Origin: Histomonas meleagridis 2922-C6/04-290x
Lineage: Eukaryota; Protista; Parabasalia
Direction of reading: 5' to 3'
DNA: 64,000 nucleotides
NCBI GenBank assembly: GCA_020184695.1
Contig: JAANOX010000191.1
Coordinates: 124,001-188,000, forward strand
Shown: positions 55,401 through 64,000 of the stretch, one piece after another
Layout: every line of letters begins with the position of its first letter
How positions within the stretch are numbered: position 1 is the stretch's first letter
The notes under the pieces: model-generated
What the model saw: only the letters and a program-made list of their open reading frames with translations
Database searches by the model: none
Told to the model about the DNA's origin: nothing
Program-made: the position numbers and the translations under genes

Positions 55401-56199
55401 CTTTCCTTTGAAGTAACAAAATATTCTTTTTAAAAGATATTTCATTTAATATGTAAATATAAAACATCGTTTTATCTTTTGATGGTGTAAAAAAATCACT
55501 TGGTTCACGAAAATTCGTAAGAAAATCAAAAATTTCATTGAAAATTTCTTCAGGTATCGAAGAAATATAACCAAATCCATGATTCGGATAATGGATTTTG
55601 ATTGCAAGTTGATAAAATATTATATTTAAAATACCATCAAATAATAACCATTGATATATATCATTATCTTTATGTGTATCAATGAAAACTAACAAAGACT
55701 TAAATATATCATAATAATCACTTTGTTTAACTTTTTTCTTAGGTTTAAAATTTAGTAAAATCATTTGATATGTAAAACTTTTATAACTTTCTATTTCTTT
55801 ACTATTATTAGTCAAATTATCAAAAGGATAGAATAAAGAAAATAGAAACATTAGAAAATCTTCTCTTTCTTTTGGAATAATTGCTAAAAAATTCAAGCAC
55901 ACTTCTTGTCCTTTTTTAGTTAATTCCAAATTTGAATCATGATATAAAAGAAATCTAAAAATAATTATTATACTTTGATGATCTTTTTCTATAATATTTT
56001 CTGGTTTTAAATATTTTACCATTTTTTGAAGACAATTAACAATCAACTTTTTATGAATTTTTGACTTTTTTTGTAATGCCTTTTGGATAAACACACCTAA
56101 TTCAGTAAAAAAATCAGAGAGTTTAGTATTAAAAAAATCTTGAATATCAAATTTTGGTTCTCCAAATGTCTTAAGAACAGATTTAAGAAATGAATTCAT
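52471..56199 (-). CDS. Rap/Ran-GAP domain protein (RalGAP-alpha/tuberin-like)
   Basis: C-terminal KIAILYV...FKEFLQGIGWNVDL...GGLD...EIMFHVAPLMP...KKRHIGNDHVHILW (Asn-thumb GAP). Confidence 0.88.
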   Translation of the reverse strand: MNSFLKSVLKTFGEPKFDIQDFFNTKLSDFFTELGVFIQKALQKKSKIHKKLIVNCLQKMVKYLKPENIIEKDHQSIIIIFRFLLYHDSNLELTKKGQEVCLNFLAIIPKEREDFLMFLFSLFYPFDNLTNNSKEIESYKSFTYQMILLNFKPKKKVKQSDYYDIFKSLLVFIDTHKDNDIYQWLLFDGILNIIFYQLAIKIHYPNHGFGYISSIPEEIFNEIFDFLTNFREPSDFFTPSKDKTMFYIYILNEISFKKNILLLQRKVCISEKAMKELVSNHIDVYQTFISSSVNSSSIQNNVFFSAFVYDLIRSLFSVVKDDLLIYIDIALRQYEKSLPFLYSFYFTLISVALMKNYENKKFWEFIKEKIINSDIYSDVNGQFCKFLAVLQFPKLFNLSQEAAIKENMILSQRRERIKSKSQFDWFVLNFEKILENPYKVAEAIKYEFDTNNKVAFHILNFKPKLETIDIFIDLFKDYKKFDDNVQIRLYSALNSYASALLKLSRIPRSIQFEHNTTIKICGNFLFDSILYQTNERIFKASYKILKDIILKSESKYLFDMNILMKWYTCVIVCLLHKDHELSELAYDNCVETLSVGFAGSNILIPILISFLENNPNPNQISFLSLTPLFSVTYSKNNNLLTAIKNIVKNNHSLIVKAMEILDKEGNNLEERVFQLIKKMKFELKHLTNFLSAYSVYCAYEIIKDNPNENVIVYILLEMCVQIQKYNSVEATIILKNIIITYYNYFKKMKRFKEIFEKITKIWPNVNDDPQFILNIFSLITEILIYFYDMAIQTKILQKSAKNLIYYYENTENSKLKIHINMLIYKLSTRVKVFPSYLSKKCTFDIKSCENNKNYFLHNYNVINYKKHNKGVSLNIFHKGEYFYWDFQDIHECFTEQKCEDVFSNWDFVKNQKIVKTILKMENKSFFDITTQKFNTQKIIATKDSLPENDKYFINQINSLYTKYKTKIQSNIVWKPNTDFKHFSNVITSLGYLTNEIYYIEPDAKNLAKLSFLIKNVNRFFSKIAILYVPKGVQNQNEIFTIKWENTSKHFKEFLQGIGWNVDLQTHNKYDGGLDIKGLTNGNTSIFYEDSLYEIMFHVAPLMPIVQGDEQQILKKRHIGNDHVHILWCEDELEYDIEMITSQFNQAHIIIYPLHTGLFRVDVKSKEDVGWFGPLNGSSILTKKELPSLVRMTAIHVMIKICDNMEPLNVPPIRAIQTMLEIREDINVEKAKNSRSMMHIEQI

Positions 56200-56388
56200 T
56201 TTAAGTTTTATTTTTTTAACCCAACTAAAATGTTCCTAATAAAATATTCGAAAAACCAAAATAAAATTAGCAATAATAATTATATAAAGACAATTTGATC
56301 AAAGTGAAAAAAATTTTTTTTATTAATAAAAATAAACTATTGAAATTAAAGGTTAAAAAAAAATTAAAATTTCACCAAATGAGTTATT

Positions 56389-56976
56389 TTATTTGCTTAC
56401 TGAACGCATAGCTTCAATAGCAGCTTTAAGTTCTCTTGAAAGATCCTCTGCTTGTTCTGATGTCATTGCGAATGAAAATGTATTTCCATTCTTTGGACTA
56501 AACCTAAGACACAAGCTACCTTTGGGGAAATTATTTCCTCCCTTTTTCTCCAATATAATATCCGATCTAAAATCAAAAACAGAAACTTCTGAAAATCTCT
56601 GGAAGTTATTCCTGAAGTATTTTCTTAATGTTTGTCTGTTTTCACGATAAAATCTTGTGATTGTGCTAGTGTGAGAAAGAGGTGTACCAAGTTGTTGAAG
56701 TTCTTGTGATAAATCTTCAGGATCAACATTAAAACGAACCGCATTTTGGATAATGAAAGAAAGGACAGCAAGGACAGAACGTGTTTGGCTTTCATTTAAT
56801 TGAGCATCTGCTAAATGTCTATAGATTTCATCAAAATCTACCTCAGCTTCAATTAAAAGATTTAAAACTTGAAGCAAAATGAACTTAATACGAACTGAAG
56901 ACACATAAGAGAGTGTATTTAATTCAGATATGATCCAATCTGGTGCATCGCTGTTTCCAAGAAACTTGAAGAGCAT
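56389..56976 (-). CDS. COMMD4: COMM domain-containing protein 4
   Basis: MLFKFLGNSDAPDWIISELNTLSYVSSVRIK...VLAVLSFII...LSQELQQLGTP matches COMMD4 MRFRFCGDLDCPDWVLAEI...LSSELQQLGLP. Confidence 0.92.
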   Translation of the reverse strand: MLFKFLGNSDAPDWIISELNTLSYVSSVRIKFILLQVLNLLIEAEVDFDEIYRHLADAQLNESQTRSVLAVLSFIIQNAVRFNVDPEDLSQELQQLGTPLSHTSTITRFYRENRQTLRKYFRNNFQRFSEVSVFDFRSDIILEKKGGNNFPKGSLCLRFSPKNGNTFSFAMTSEQAEDLSRELKAAIEAMRSVSK

Positions 56977-56979
56977 TTT

Positions 56980-56987
56980 GTCACTTT
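56980..56987 (-). promoter_or_regulatory. AAAGTGAC motif 3 nt upstream of COMMD4 ATG (second copy at 57047-57054)
   Basis: GTCACTTT on plus at both positions. Confidence 0.5.
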
Positions 56988-57229
56988 TTATTCATATCGG
57001 TTTTCAAAAGTGCCAAAACTTAAATTCAGTTTCAATTGAAACCAATGTCACTTTTCAGTTCATTTAACGACCATGTTGATCGTCAATCGGCTTCTCCTTT
57101 CGATAAGTCTTCTTTCTATGTAAATCACTATTCTCGTGTTTATTTCACAAGTATTGATTTTATTAACATCACTAAAAACATATATTTTTGATTTTCATCA
57201 ATCAACTAAAAATACTATTTATGGTTCAA

Positions 57230-58282
57230 TCAAATTTCAGACAAGTGAACATGCTTATCCTCTTCTTCAGGATGTTCGTCCTTTTCTTCTTCCTCTTCCT
57301 CCTCTTCTTCAACATTCTTTTTCCCACTCTTATCACAGAATCCAATGAAAATAGCAGCGGCCAAAAGCACTAAGCCTAATACCGATATTGCAATTTCCCA
57401 TGCAACGTAAGCGCTCCATTCTTTTAGCCAAAATACTCCTAATGCAACGCCGACAATAATCTGGCCGAATGGTACAAAATTAGCGCCAACTGCACCAACG
57501 TTATTCACTAAATACATAAACCCATGAACGGCAACACCAGATGCAAACACGCCAAGCATTAACGGCCACATCCATTGAAGCCAATCCGACTGCTCACATG
57601 ATTCTTTGATTTTCTGAGGACCGTCCATGATGAGCGACCAAATCATATCGAATATAAATGATGTAAATGTTTGAACCATACAACTTATTGTTATATCTAC
57701 GTTTGTAGCCTTCCATTTGAAATACACCGAAGCAACGCCAAGGAGTATGACTGCAACAATAAGAAGAATATATCCAACTGCAACCATTGTTGTTGATTTT
57801 TCATTTGTTGTATGGTTAAATGATGGAATGGCAGTAAGAACAACACCAACAATAGAGCTTAGAAGAGCAAAGAGCTTGAACAAATTAAATCGTTCATCGG
57901 GAAATATAAAATGCGATATAATTTGACTCACAGTAGGACTAACAGGTTTGCACATTTGAACAGCTGCACTTGGAATCCATTGTTGAGCAATAGCAATAAG
58001 TGAATGAGGAATTGCTAAATTAAAAAGTCCACCAATTGTTATATGGACAAAAAGCATAAAGCCTCTTGCCATAACTTGTTTAACAACGAGAACGTATCCT
58101 CGCTCGAATTTGAGCCTAAAAAGGAAAACAATTAGGCAAAAACCAAAACCAAATAACATTCTGAAAACAATTATAAGTTCTGGGGTAAATGTTTTAAGAG
58201 CTTGGGTTACAGCGGCTGAAGACGCACCATAGGCAACAGCACAAAAAATAAATGAGATTGCAATAAGCGGAGAGCACTTCAT
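57230..58282 (-). CDS. EamA/DMT family drug-metabolite transporter
   Basis: About 10 TMs in two repeats; YG...TPELIIVFRMLFG, ERFNLFKLFALL, VGVALGVFWLKE; acidic C-terminal tail. Confidence 0.88.
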   Translation of the reverse strand: MKCSPLIAISFIFCAVAYGASSAAVTQALKTFTPELIIVFRMLFGFGFCLIVFLFRLKFERGYVLVVKQVMARGFMLFVHITIGGLFNLAIPHSLIAIAQQWIPSAAVQMCKPVSPTVSQIISHFIFPDERFNLFKLFALLSSIVGVVLTAIPSFNHTTNEKSTTMVAVGYILLIVAVILLGVASVYFKWKATNVDITISCMVQTFTSFIFDMIWSLIMDGPQKIKESCEQSDWLQWMWPLMLGVFASGVAVHGFMYLVNNVGAVGANFVPFGQIIVGVALGVFWLKEWSAYVAWEIAISVLGLVLLAAAIFIGFCDKSGKKNVEEEEEEEEEKDEHPEEEDKHVHLSEI

Positions 58283-58554
58283 CGGGATCGAGAACGATGA
58301 AAGTTTTTTTCAATGAATTTTGAGTAAACTTTTGAAATTGATCTTTTTGAACGGAACCATTCAGATCTGGTTTTTTGTGTTAAATTTATGGATGATTATG
58401 TAAACTTCACAATTTTTGTCGTTGATGTTTTTATTTAATGGAATCGAGTCAATAAAAAAAATTTAAGAAGAAACATTCATAAAATCAATCAAATTATCGA
58501 CAAGTGACTGATTAGAAGAAAAAAAATAATTGATATTTCTTGTGAAAAAAATGA

Positions 58555-59328
58555 TTGGCAAATTATCATTATGAAATGCCATGTGAAAAATTCGAATGGA
58601 AAATGAAACAAAACGAAAAAACAGAAATAGAATCACTTCCTAGAGATCCAAACATGATATTTTCTGAAAAGGGGGATCAATGGTATGTTGAAAGCAGATT
58701 TTTTTGGTCAACTCAACAACCAACAATAGAATCAATGATTTTTGGAAATGAAGAATATTCAATAATTGATTTAAGGTACACTTATAATGTTCTCTCTCTG
58801 CTTCAATTTGAAAAGAAAATAAAAGGTGGTGTTGTTGCGGATTGTGGTGGTGGAATAGGTCGTGTGTCTTTCCAAGTTTTAACGCATTTTTTCCAAAGCG
58901 TTGACATAGTGGATCCAATTCCACATTTTTTATTTAAGGCAAGAGAACATCTTGAAAAAGTTTTATCAGTGGATATAATTCAAAAAGGACTTGAAGAATG
59001 GAATCCATCAAAGGCTTATGATGCATTTTATATTCAATGGACAATGTGTTATTTAACAGATCGTGATTTGGTTTCATTTTTAAAAAGATGTTCTTTGTCC
59101 TCTTCTAAAGATTGCATTTTCATCATCAAGGAAAATATTGCAGGAGTAGAACTTCAAACAGATAAATCACAATACGAGTATTACCCTGAGAGGAATTCAA
59201 TTTGTAGAACATACCCACATTTTTGCGAACTATTTAAAAAAGCCGGACTTGTTTTAGAAGAATATAGGATACAACCAAATTGGCCCAGCGACTTCCTTTC
59301 TGTTGCAATGTTCATTCTACGGAAATAA
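58555..59328 (+). CDS. NTMT1: Alpha-N-terminal protein methyltransferase (NTMT1/Tae1 family)
   Basis: VADCGGGIGRVS, YDAFYIQWTMCYLTDRDLVSFLKRC, IIKEN. The start may be the in-frame ATG at 58576. Confidence 0.88.
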   Translation: MANYHYEMPCEKFEWKMKQNEKTEIESLPRDPNMIFSEKGDQWYVESRFFWSTQQPTIESMIFGNEEYSIIDLRYTYNVLSLLQFEKKIKGGVVADCGGGIGRVSFQVLTHFFQSVDIVDPIPHFLFKAREHLEKVLSVDIIQKGLEEWNPSKAYDAFYIQWTMCYLTDRDLVSFLKRCSLSSSKDCIFIIKENIAGVELQTDKSQYEYYPERNSICRTYPHFCELFKKAGLVLEEYRIQPNWPSDFLSVAMFILRK

Positions 59329-59517
59329 CAATGCAAAATGATTCCAAACGTATTTTTGAATTCAAAAATTGAATTATACGTAACTTTTTCATAAAACGAT
59401 AGAAGTTTCGAAACTTTTTTTTGGCACTGTGCAATACAAATAGAATTGGCATTTAAAAGTTTTTATTGTAAAAAATTGTAAGTTAGTGATTTTTACTGAA
59501 TTGTAAAAAATTCCCAC

Positions 59518-61883
59518 TCATTTCCTAGTTAAGATATTGATAATTTCCGTATTACCATTCTCTTCAGCATAATTAAGTGCAGTTTTATACAATAATAACA
59601 AATTCCAAATATTTTTTTGAATTTTTAAGTTATTTGTATAAATATATTAAGACAGAAATTGATATCTTTAGCATCAATTTTAATATCTTTGTTTGAAACA
59701 AGTAAACTTACAATCTGACTGTAGTTACCCATAGATGCCTTTATAAGTGCTGTTTCAAACCACATGAATAAGTTTCATATATTATTTTAAAACACAAAAT
59801 TGTGAAAATAAATATTAAATATTAAATATCATCATCAGCAGCATTGATATCAATATTCTTTTGGGCAAGAAGTAATTTAACAATTTCGATATGACCATAT
59901 TTAACAGCTGATACAAGTGCTGTTACTAATAAAGTGAAGACATTTCTTAAATGATTTTGAAAATCCTAATTCTTCAAATAAACATGGATTAAATCAAATG
60001 AACGCAGGTTGCATTAATATCAATATCTTTATGTCCTAGTAATAATTTAACTATTTCAATATTATTTTTCATAGATGCAATTATAAGTGCTGTTGCATAA
60101 TATTATAATAAATTTTAAATATTATAATGATATAAAAAATATATTAAATTAACACGAAAAATATTAATGAAATATTATCAGTATCATTAATATTAATTCC
60201 TTCTTTATTTAATAGTAACTTAGCAATTTCTATACAATTATATTCAGAAGCATACATAAGTGCTGATCTATATGAAAATTAGAATTTCCAAATATTATTT
60301 ATAGACCCAAACTTATTCAAACAAACTGTGAAAAAAATAAAATAATATCTTTAATATTTATATCAATTCCATTTTTATCAAGAAGTAGTTTAACTACTTC
60401 AGTATTACAATTTATTGTTGCTTTTATAAGTAATGTTCTAAATAATATGAATAATTCTTAAAACAAGCAAAAACAACACAGAATCGGAATGATTTATATT
60501 AATATCTTTTTGTTCAAGAAGTAATTTCAGTATTTCAATGTAACCATTTTCTAATGCTATAAATATTGCTGTATTAAATGATTTGTATAAACTCTTGGAT
60601 AAAATTTATTTAATTACTCTGTTCTCAGAATTGATATCAATTTCTTTTTTATTAAGAAGATATTTTACAAGTTCAATATTTCCAGATTTTGAAGAATTTA
60701 CAAAAATATTTTTTGGAATTTCATTCTCATTAAGAAGATCTATGAGAAGTATTAAATTACCATATTTAACAGATTCTTTAATGACTTTTTTATAATTCAA
60801 ATTTGCACTTTTACGTAAGAATGAAAGTATTTCATAATTACTTGATTCAATGCATTTTTTAGCGAGTTTTGTAAAATCATTGATTTCTTCTATTTTGTTT
60901 TCATAAAGATATTGGAAGATATCATTCTGATGGAATTCAATTGCTGATTCATATATATTATTAAGTGGTGCATGATTTTGTATACACAAATGAATTATTT
61001 CTTCATTTCCTCCAGCAACTGCAAATTTACCTGTGTTATTTAATTTACAGCCATTTATTAACAAGTGTTTAAAACAATTAATTGAACCAAAAAATGCTGC
61101 ATAATCAGTTAATGAAATATTATTTTGATTAATAAATGAATATTTTTCATATAGTGATGGTATAATTTTTTGATTCAAAACGAAATTTGATTGCGATAAC
61201 ATTTCTTGAAGTTTTCCTATTTCATCATTTCGAATGATTTTTAAAACTTCATTTGGATTAACTCCATCTTTAATTAATCGTCTATGAAGTTCCCAATCAT
61301 TCTTTTGTAATTCTTGCATGTTATCATTGAAGTATTTAGAAAATGGAATATTATCTTCAGTTTTGATTTTTTTTAAAGTTTCATTTGAAATACGATGTGC
61401 AAAATATAATGTAGCTTTTTTTTCAATTGAATTTGAAGATATGATTTGTGATTCAATCATTTTTTCAAGAAGAAAATTTGATTCTTGAGAATCTAAATGA
61501 AGTAAATAATTTGTAAATATTTTGATTAAAGTATTATCATTTGTTATAACTCCTTTTTCTTTAGTGTCTATAATTTTTATAAAAGTAAAATATGTGTTAA
61601 AATCTTTCTTTTGTGAAACAAATGAGGCATATATTAATTGACTCAATGCTAAATTAAAAGTATATGGGAAATTGATATATAATTTTACTATTTTATCTGT
61701 TTCATCAATATTAGATTCATTTAATTCAAATACAATTTTTTCAAGAGATTGCAACAGATTTGGTGGAAAACTTAGATTCGGCTGTGCTTTTTCAACTGTT
61801 TCATGATATTGATTATTTCCCATGAATAATCTTGGATACTGCCAAAAAAATATTTTTATTAAACTTTTTGAGATAAATGGCAT
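59518..61883 (-). CDS. DUF3447-type ankyrin repeat protein; long first segment plus seven further ankyrin segments separated by non-GT-AG spacers
   Basis: ORF 61883-60606 contains YAAFFGSINCFKHL and FAVAGGNEEII. Six intact 102-nt repeats follow (60581-60480, 60445-60344, 60275-60174, 60102-60001, 59932-59831, 59762-59661), then a terminal LYKTALNYAEENGNTEIINILTRK* (59592-59518). The joined structure is inferred. Confidence 0.75.
59593..60617 (-). repeat. Tandem array of ankyrin unit plus spacer; period 170 bp in the distal part
   Basis: Spacers: 60582-60617 (36 nt), 60446-60479 (34), 60276-60343 (68), 60103-60173 (71), 59933-60000 (68), 59763-59830 (68), 59593-59660 (68). Confidence 0.85.
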
Positions 61884-62214
61884 TTTTTTCTAAACCAAAT
61901 CCAACTTTTTGAATTGTATTTATGTTAAACGTTCAAAAGCATTCCTTTGATTCAAAAATTTTTGAACACAACCAGAAAAAGCCATAAACGGCCGACATTC
62001 ATAGTTTCTGTTTAAACACGTGTTCAACACCACATTTTTGCTTTTGAGCAAATCTTACACGCTCTAACTTCAATTATATAATTATTAATTCGTAATTTAT
62101 TGGAATTTTTGAATGAGGCTTGTCAATCAGCAATGAATCTCTACATATATATACTGGAAGGAAATTTATTTGTTTTAACACTTTAGTTAGTTATTTAATT
62201 AAGCAAATAAACAT

Positions 62215-62631
62215 TTAGTTACGTTCACCACGAATACGTTGTGCAAGTTGGACATCGCGTTCCATAATTGTAACACGATTTGCATGAATCGCGCAAAGGT
62301 TTGTATCTTCAAAAAGACCAACAAGATATGCTTCCGATGCTTCCTGAAGTGCTGCGATGGCTGATGATTGGAAACGGAGATCTCCGCGGAATCCAGATGC
62401 GATTTCACGAACAAGACGTTGGAATGGAAGCTTACGGATAAGAAGGTCTGTGCTCTTTTGATATTTACGGATTTCACGGAGTGCAACTGTACCCGGCCTG
62501 AAACGATGCTGCTTCTTAGCGCCTTGTGAATCAACAACTGGTGTTGACTTACGTGCTGCCTTAGCGCCAAGTGACTTACGCGGTGTCTTACCACCAGTTG
62601 ACTTCCGTGCTGTTTGTTTGGTACGTGCCAT
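62215..62631 (-). CDS. H3: Histone H3 (parabasalid-type N-terminal tail)
   Basis: [29 protein letters not shown]...[36 protein letters not shown]. Confidence 0.99.
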   Translation of the reverse strand: MARTKQTARKSTGGKTPRKSLGAKAARKSTPVVDSQGAKKQHRFRPGTVALREIRKYQKSTDLLIRKLPFQRLVREIASGFRGDLRFQSSAIAALQEASEAYLVGLFEDTNLCAIHANRVTIMERDVQLAQRIRGERN

Positions 62632-62637
62632 TGATGG

Positions 62638-62650
62638 AAATGAGCAAAGG
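62638..62650 (-). promoter_or_regulatory. CCTTT (M5-like) plus TCATTT (Inr-like) core promoter of H3
   Basis: Minus strand reads ctCCTTTgcTCATTTccatcaATG. Confidence 0.5.
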
Positions 62651-63226
62651 AGTTAACGCCTAGTAGGCGGCTTAGTGCTTAATGACGTTTTGGGTCTGTT
62701 AAATTTAAATGAATAAGTAATTGATAAACATATTTAAAAATGATGATGCAAAATGACATTTCAATAACAAAAGAAAACCCCGGGAAATTAAACCAAAGTT
62801 TTCTTGTATTATTATGTTATGGACTATGAATTATTAATTTATTTTAATTTTTAATATTTTATAAATTCATTTCCTTATTTAATTTATTGGATAAATTTTT
62901 AAATTAACGATAGATAAAATGGATTTAAATCTTTTGTTGAAATGATTCACTAAAAAATCAAACCAAAACACATTTTGTAATACAACTTTTTAAAGATTCA
63001 CTTTTGGAATTATAGAGCACGTAAATCTTTTGCTGAATATATTATAATTTTTTATCAACTGTATGATATTCATGTAAATTACATTTTTTTTAATACAATG
63101 GAAATTCTATGAAGATTATTTTATTTTTGAATTTTCTTGAAAAAATTCATGTGTAATGCAGTATCTCTATTAATTTAAATTAATTTTTTACATTCTTAAA
63201 ATATTTATTTTTATTTAACTTATAAA

Positions 63227-63800
63227 TTAATCTTCTTTAATGTCTTTTGCAAATGGATATCTTCAATATTTGTGTTACTAATCCCTATCGAGAATACATA
63301 ATCGGTTTCTTTGTTATTATTTTCTTCACAAACATCTGTATTTTTTTGTTTTTCTCTTTTTATTTTGATATTTTATTATAAATATTAATATTATTATAAA
63401 TACAATAGTTAACACAATATAACTGCAATTATTATAATAATTAATGTATTATTTTCACCATATTCTATAATTCCTTCATATATATAAGTAATATAAAAGA
63501 AATAGGAATAATAACCATAGTATCATGGATAAAATATAATTATATAGTTATAATATAAAAAGTAAATATAAATATATTTACTTTCTGATTTTATAAGTGT
63601 CATTAAATATGATTTTACAATTGTATAAAGTGATAATATTTGTGGATAATGATAAAAAATAAGTGAATACAATGCAGGCATAATAATATGTGTAAAATTA
63701 TCCAAAAACGTTTTAACATAAGTAACTGATTCAATCAATGTATTTTATTCAGTATATTTATGACTATGTGTTAAAGCATTCGAATTAAGATATATGTTAT
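63227..63800 (-). pseudogene. Degraded stalk/TM/tail of the same BspA-associated surface protein family
   Basis: Tyr/Ile-rich stalk, hydrophobic IIIIIIAVI segment and KKRKQK, ending IED-(shift)-PFAKDIKED*. Multiple frameshifts. Confidence 0.55.
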
Positions 63801-64000
63801 ATTCTCACATTTATGGAGATAAATTTTTTCATTCGTATATATCTTTCTAAAAATTTGGTTTCCTTCAATTGTAAAGTTCGATCAACATTATATTTTACTT
63901 TAAAATGATAATATATAGTTAAATAAATATTAAACTTATAAATCGTTATGATTTTTAGAATAAACAAAAATATTTTAATGGGTTTCCTAATGGTAAAAAT

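Noticed and set aside
59751-60100. Use of the AG in ACA-GCA (T-A of TAL) as a canonical 3' splice site
   Set aside because: It is absent from some repeats (ACT-GCA, ACA-TTA), would delete the conserved x-F/Y-x-T residues, and has no consistent in-frame GT partner.
59593-60617. CRISPR-like repeat-spacer array interpretation
   Set aside because: The repeats are diverged protein-coding ankyrin units of 102 nt, not near-identical 25-45-nt repeats, the host is eukaryotic, and no cas genes are present.
62199-62594. Antisense or shadow ORFs (e.g. 62199-62594, 10880-11335, 13395-13814, 46197-46679, 33269-33622)
   Set aside because: They overlap confident genes on the opposite strand or frame and show no family features.

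Overview
AT-rich eukaryotic genomic DNA, most likely a parabasalid (Tritrichomonas/Histomonas/Trichomonas-like). This is inferred from the histone H3 tail, BspA-type LRR surface proteins, DUF3447-type ankyrin genes, near-absence of canonical introns, and TAAA stop/polyA overlaps. Intact housekeeping genes: Vps55, C2 protein, SRP9, UBA-PARP, XPO1/CRM1, SDA1, spastizin-like, Ras, peroxiredoxin, RPL27, TRRAP-like, Rab, RalGAP-like, COMMD4, EamA/DMT, NTMT1, H3. Also present: a decayed Merlin (IS1595/ISXO2-like) transposon and several broken BspA-like genes. Standout observation: two ankyrin genes (7574-9092 and 59518-61883, both minus) continue past their apparent stop codons as intact 102-nt (34-aa) ankyrin units. 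These units are separated by AT-rich spacers of 17, 34, 36, 68 or 71 nt, always at the same position in the repeat. Read through, each spacer gives a stop or frameshift, none fits an in-frame GT-AG intron with normal repeat spacing, and several contain no AG at all. The spacers share a 3' sequence signature, which also appears at a third remnant locus near 43.2 kb. This points to an undescribed class of non-canonical introns or another recoding mechanism.
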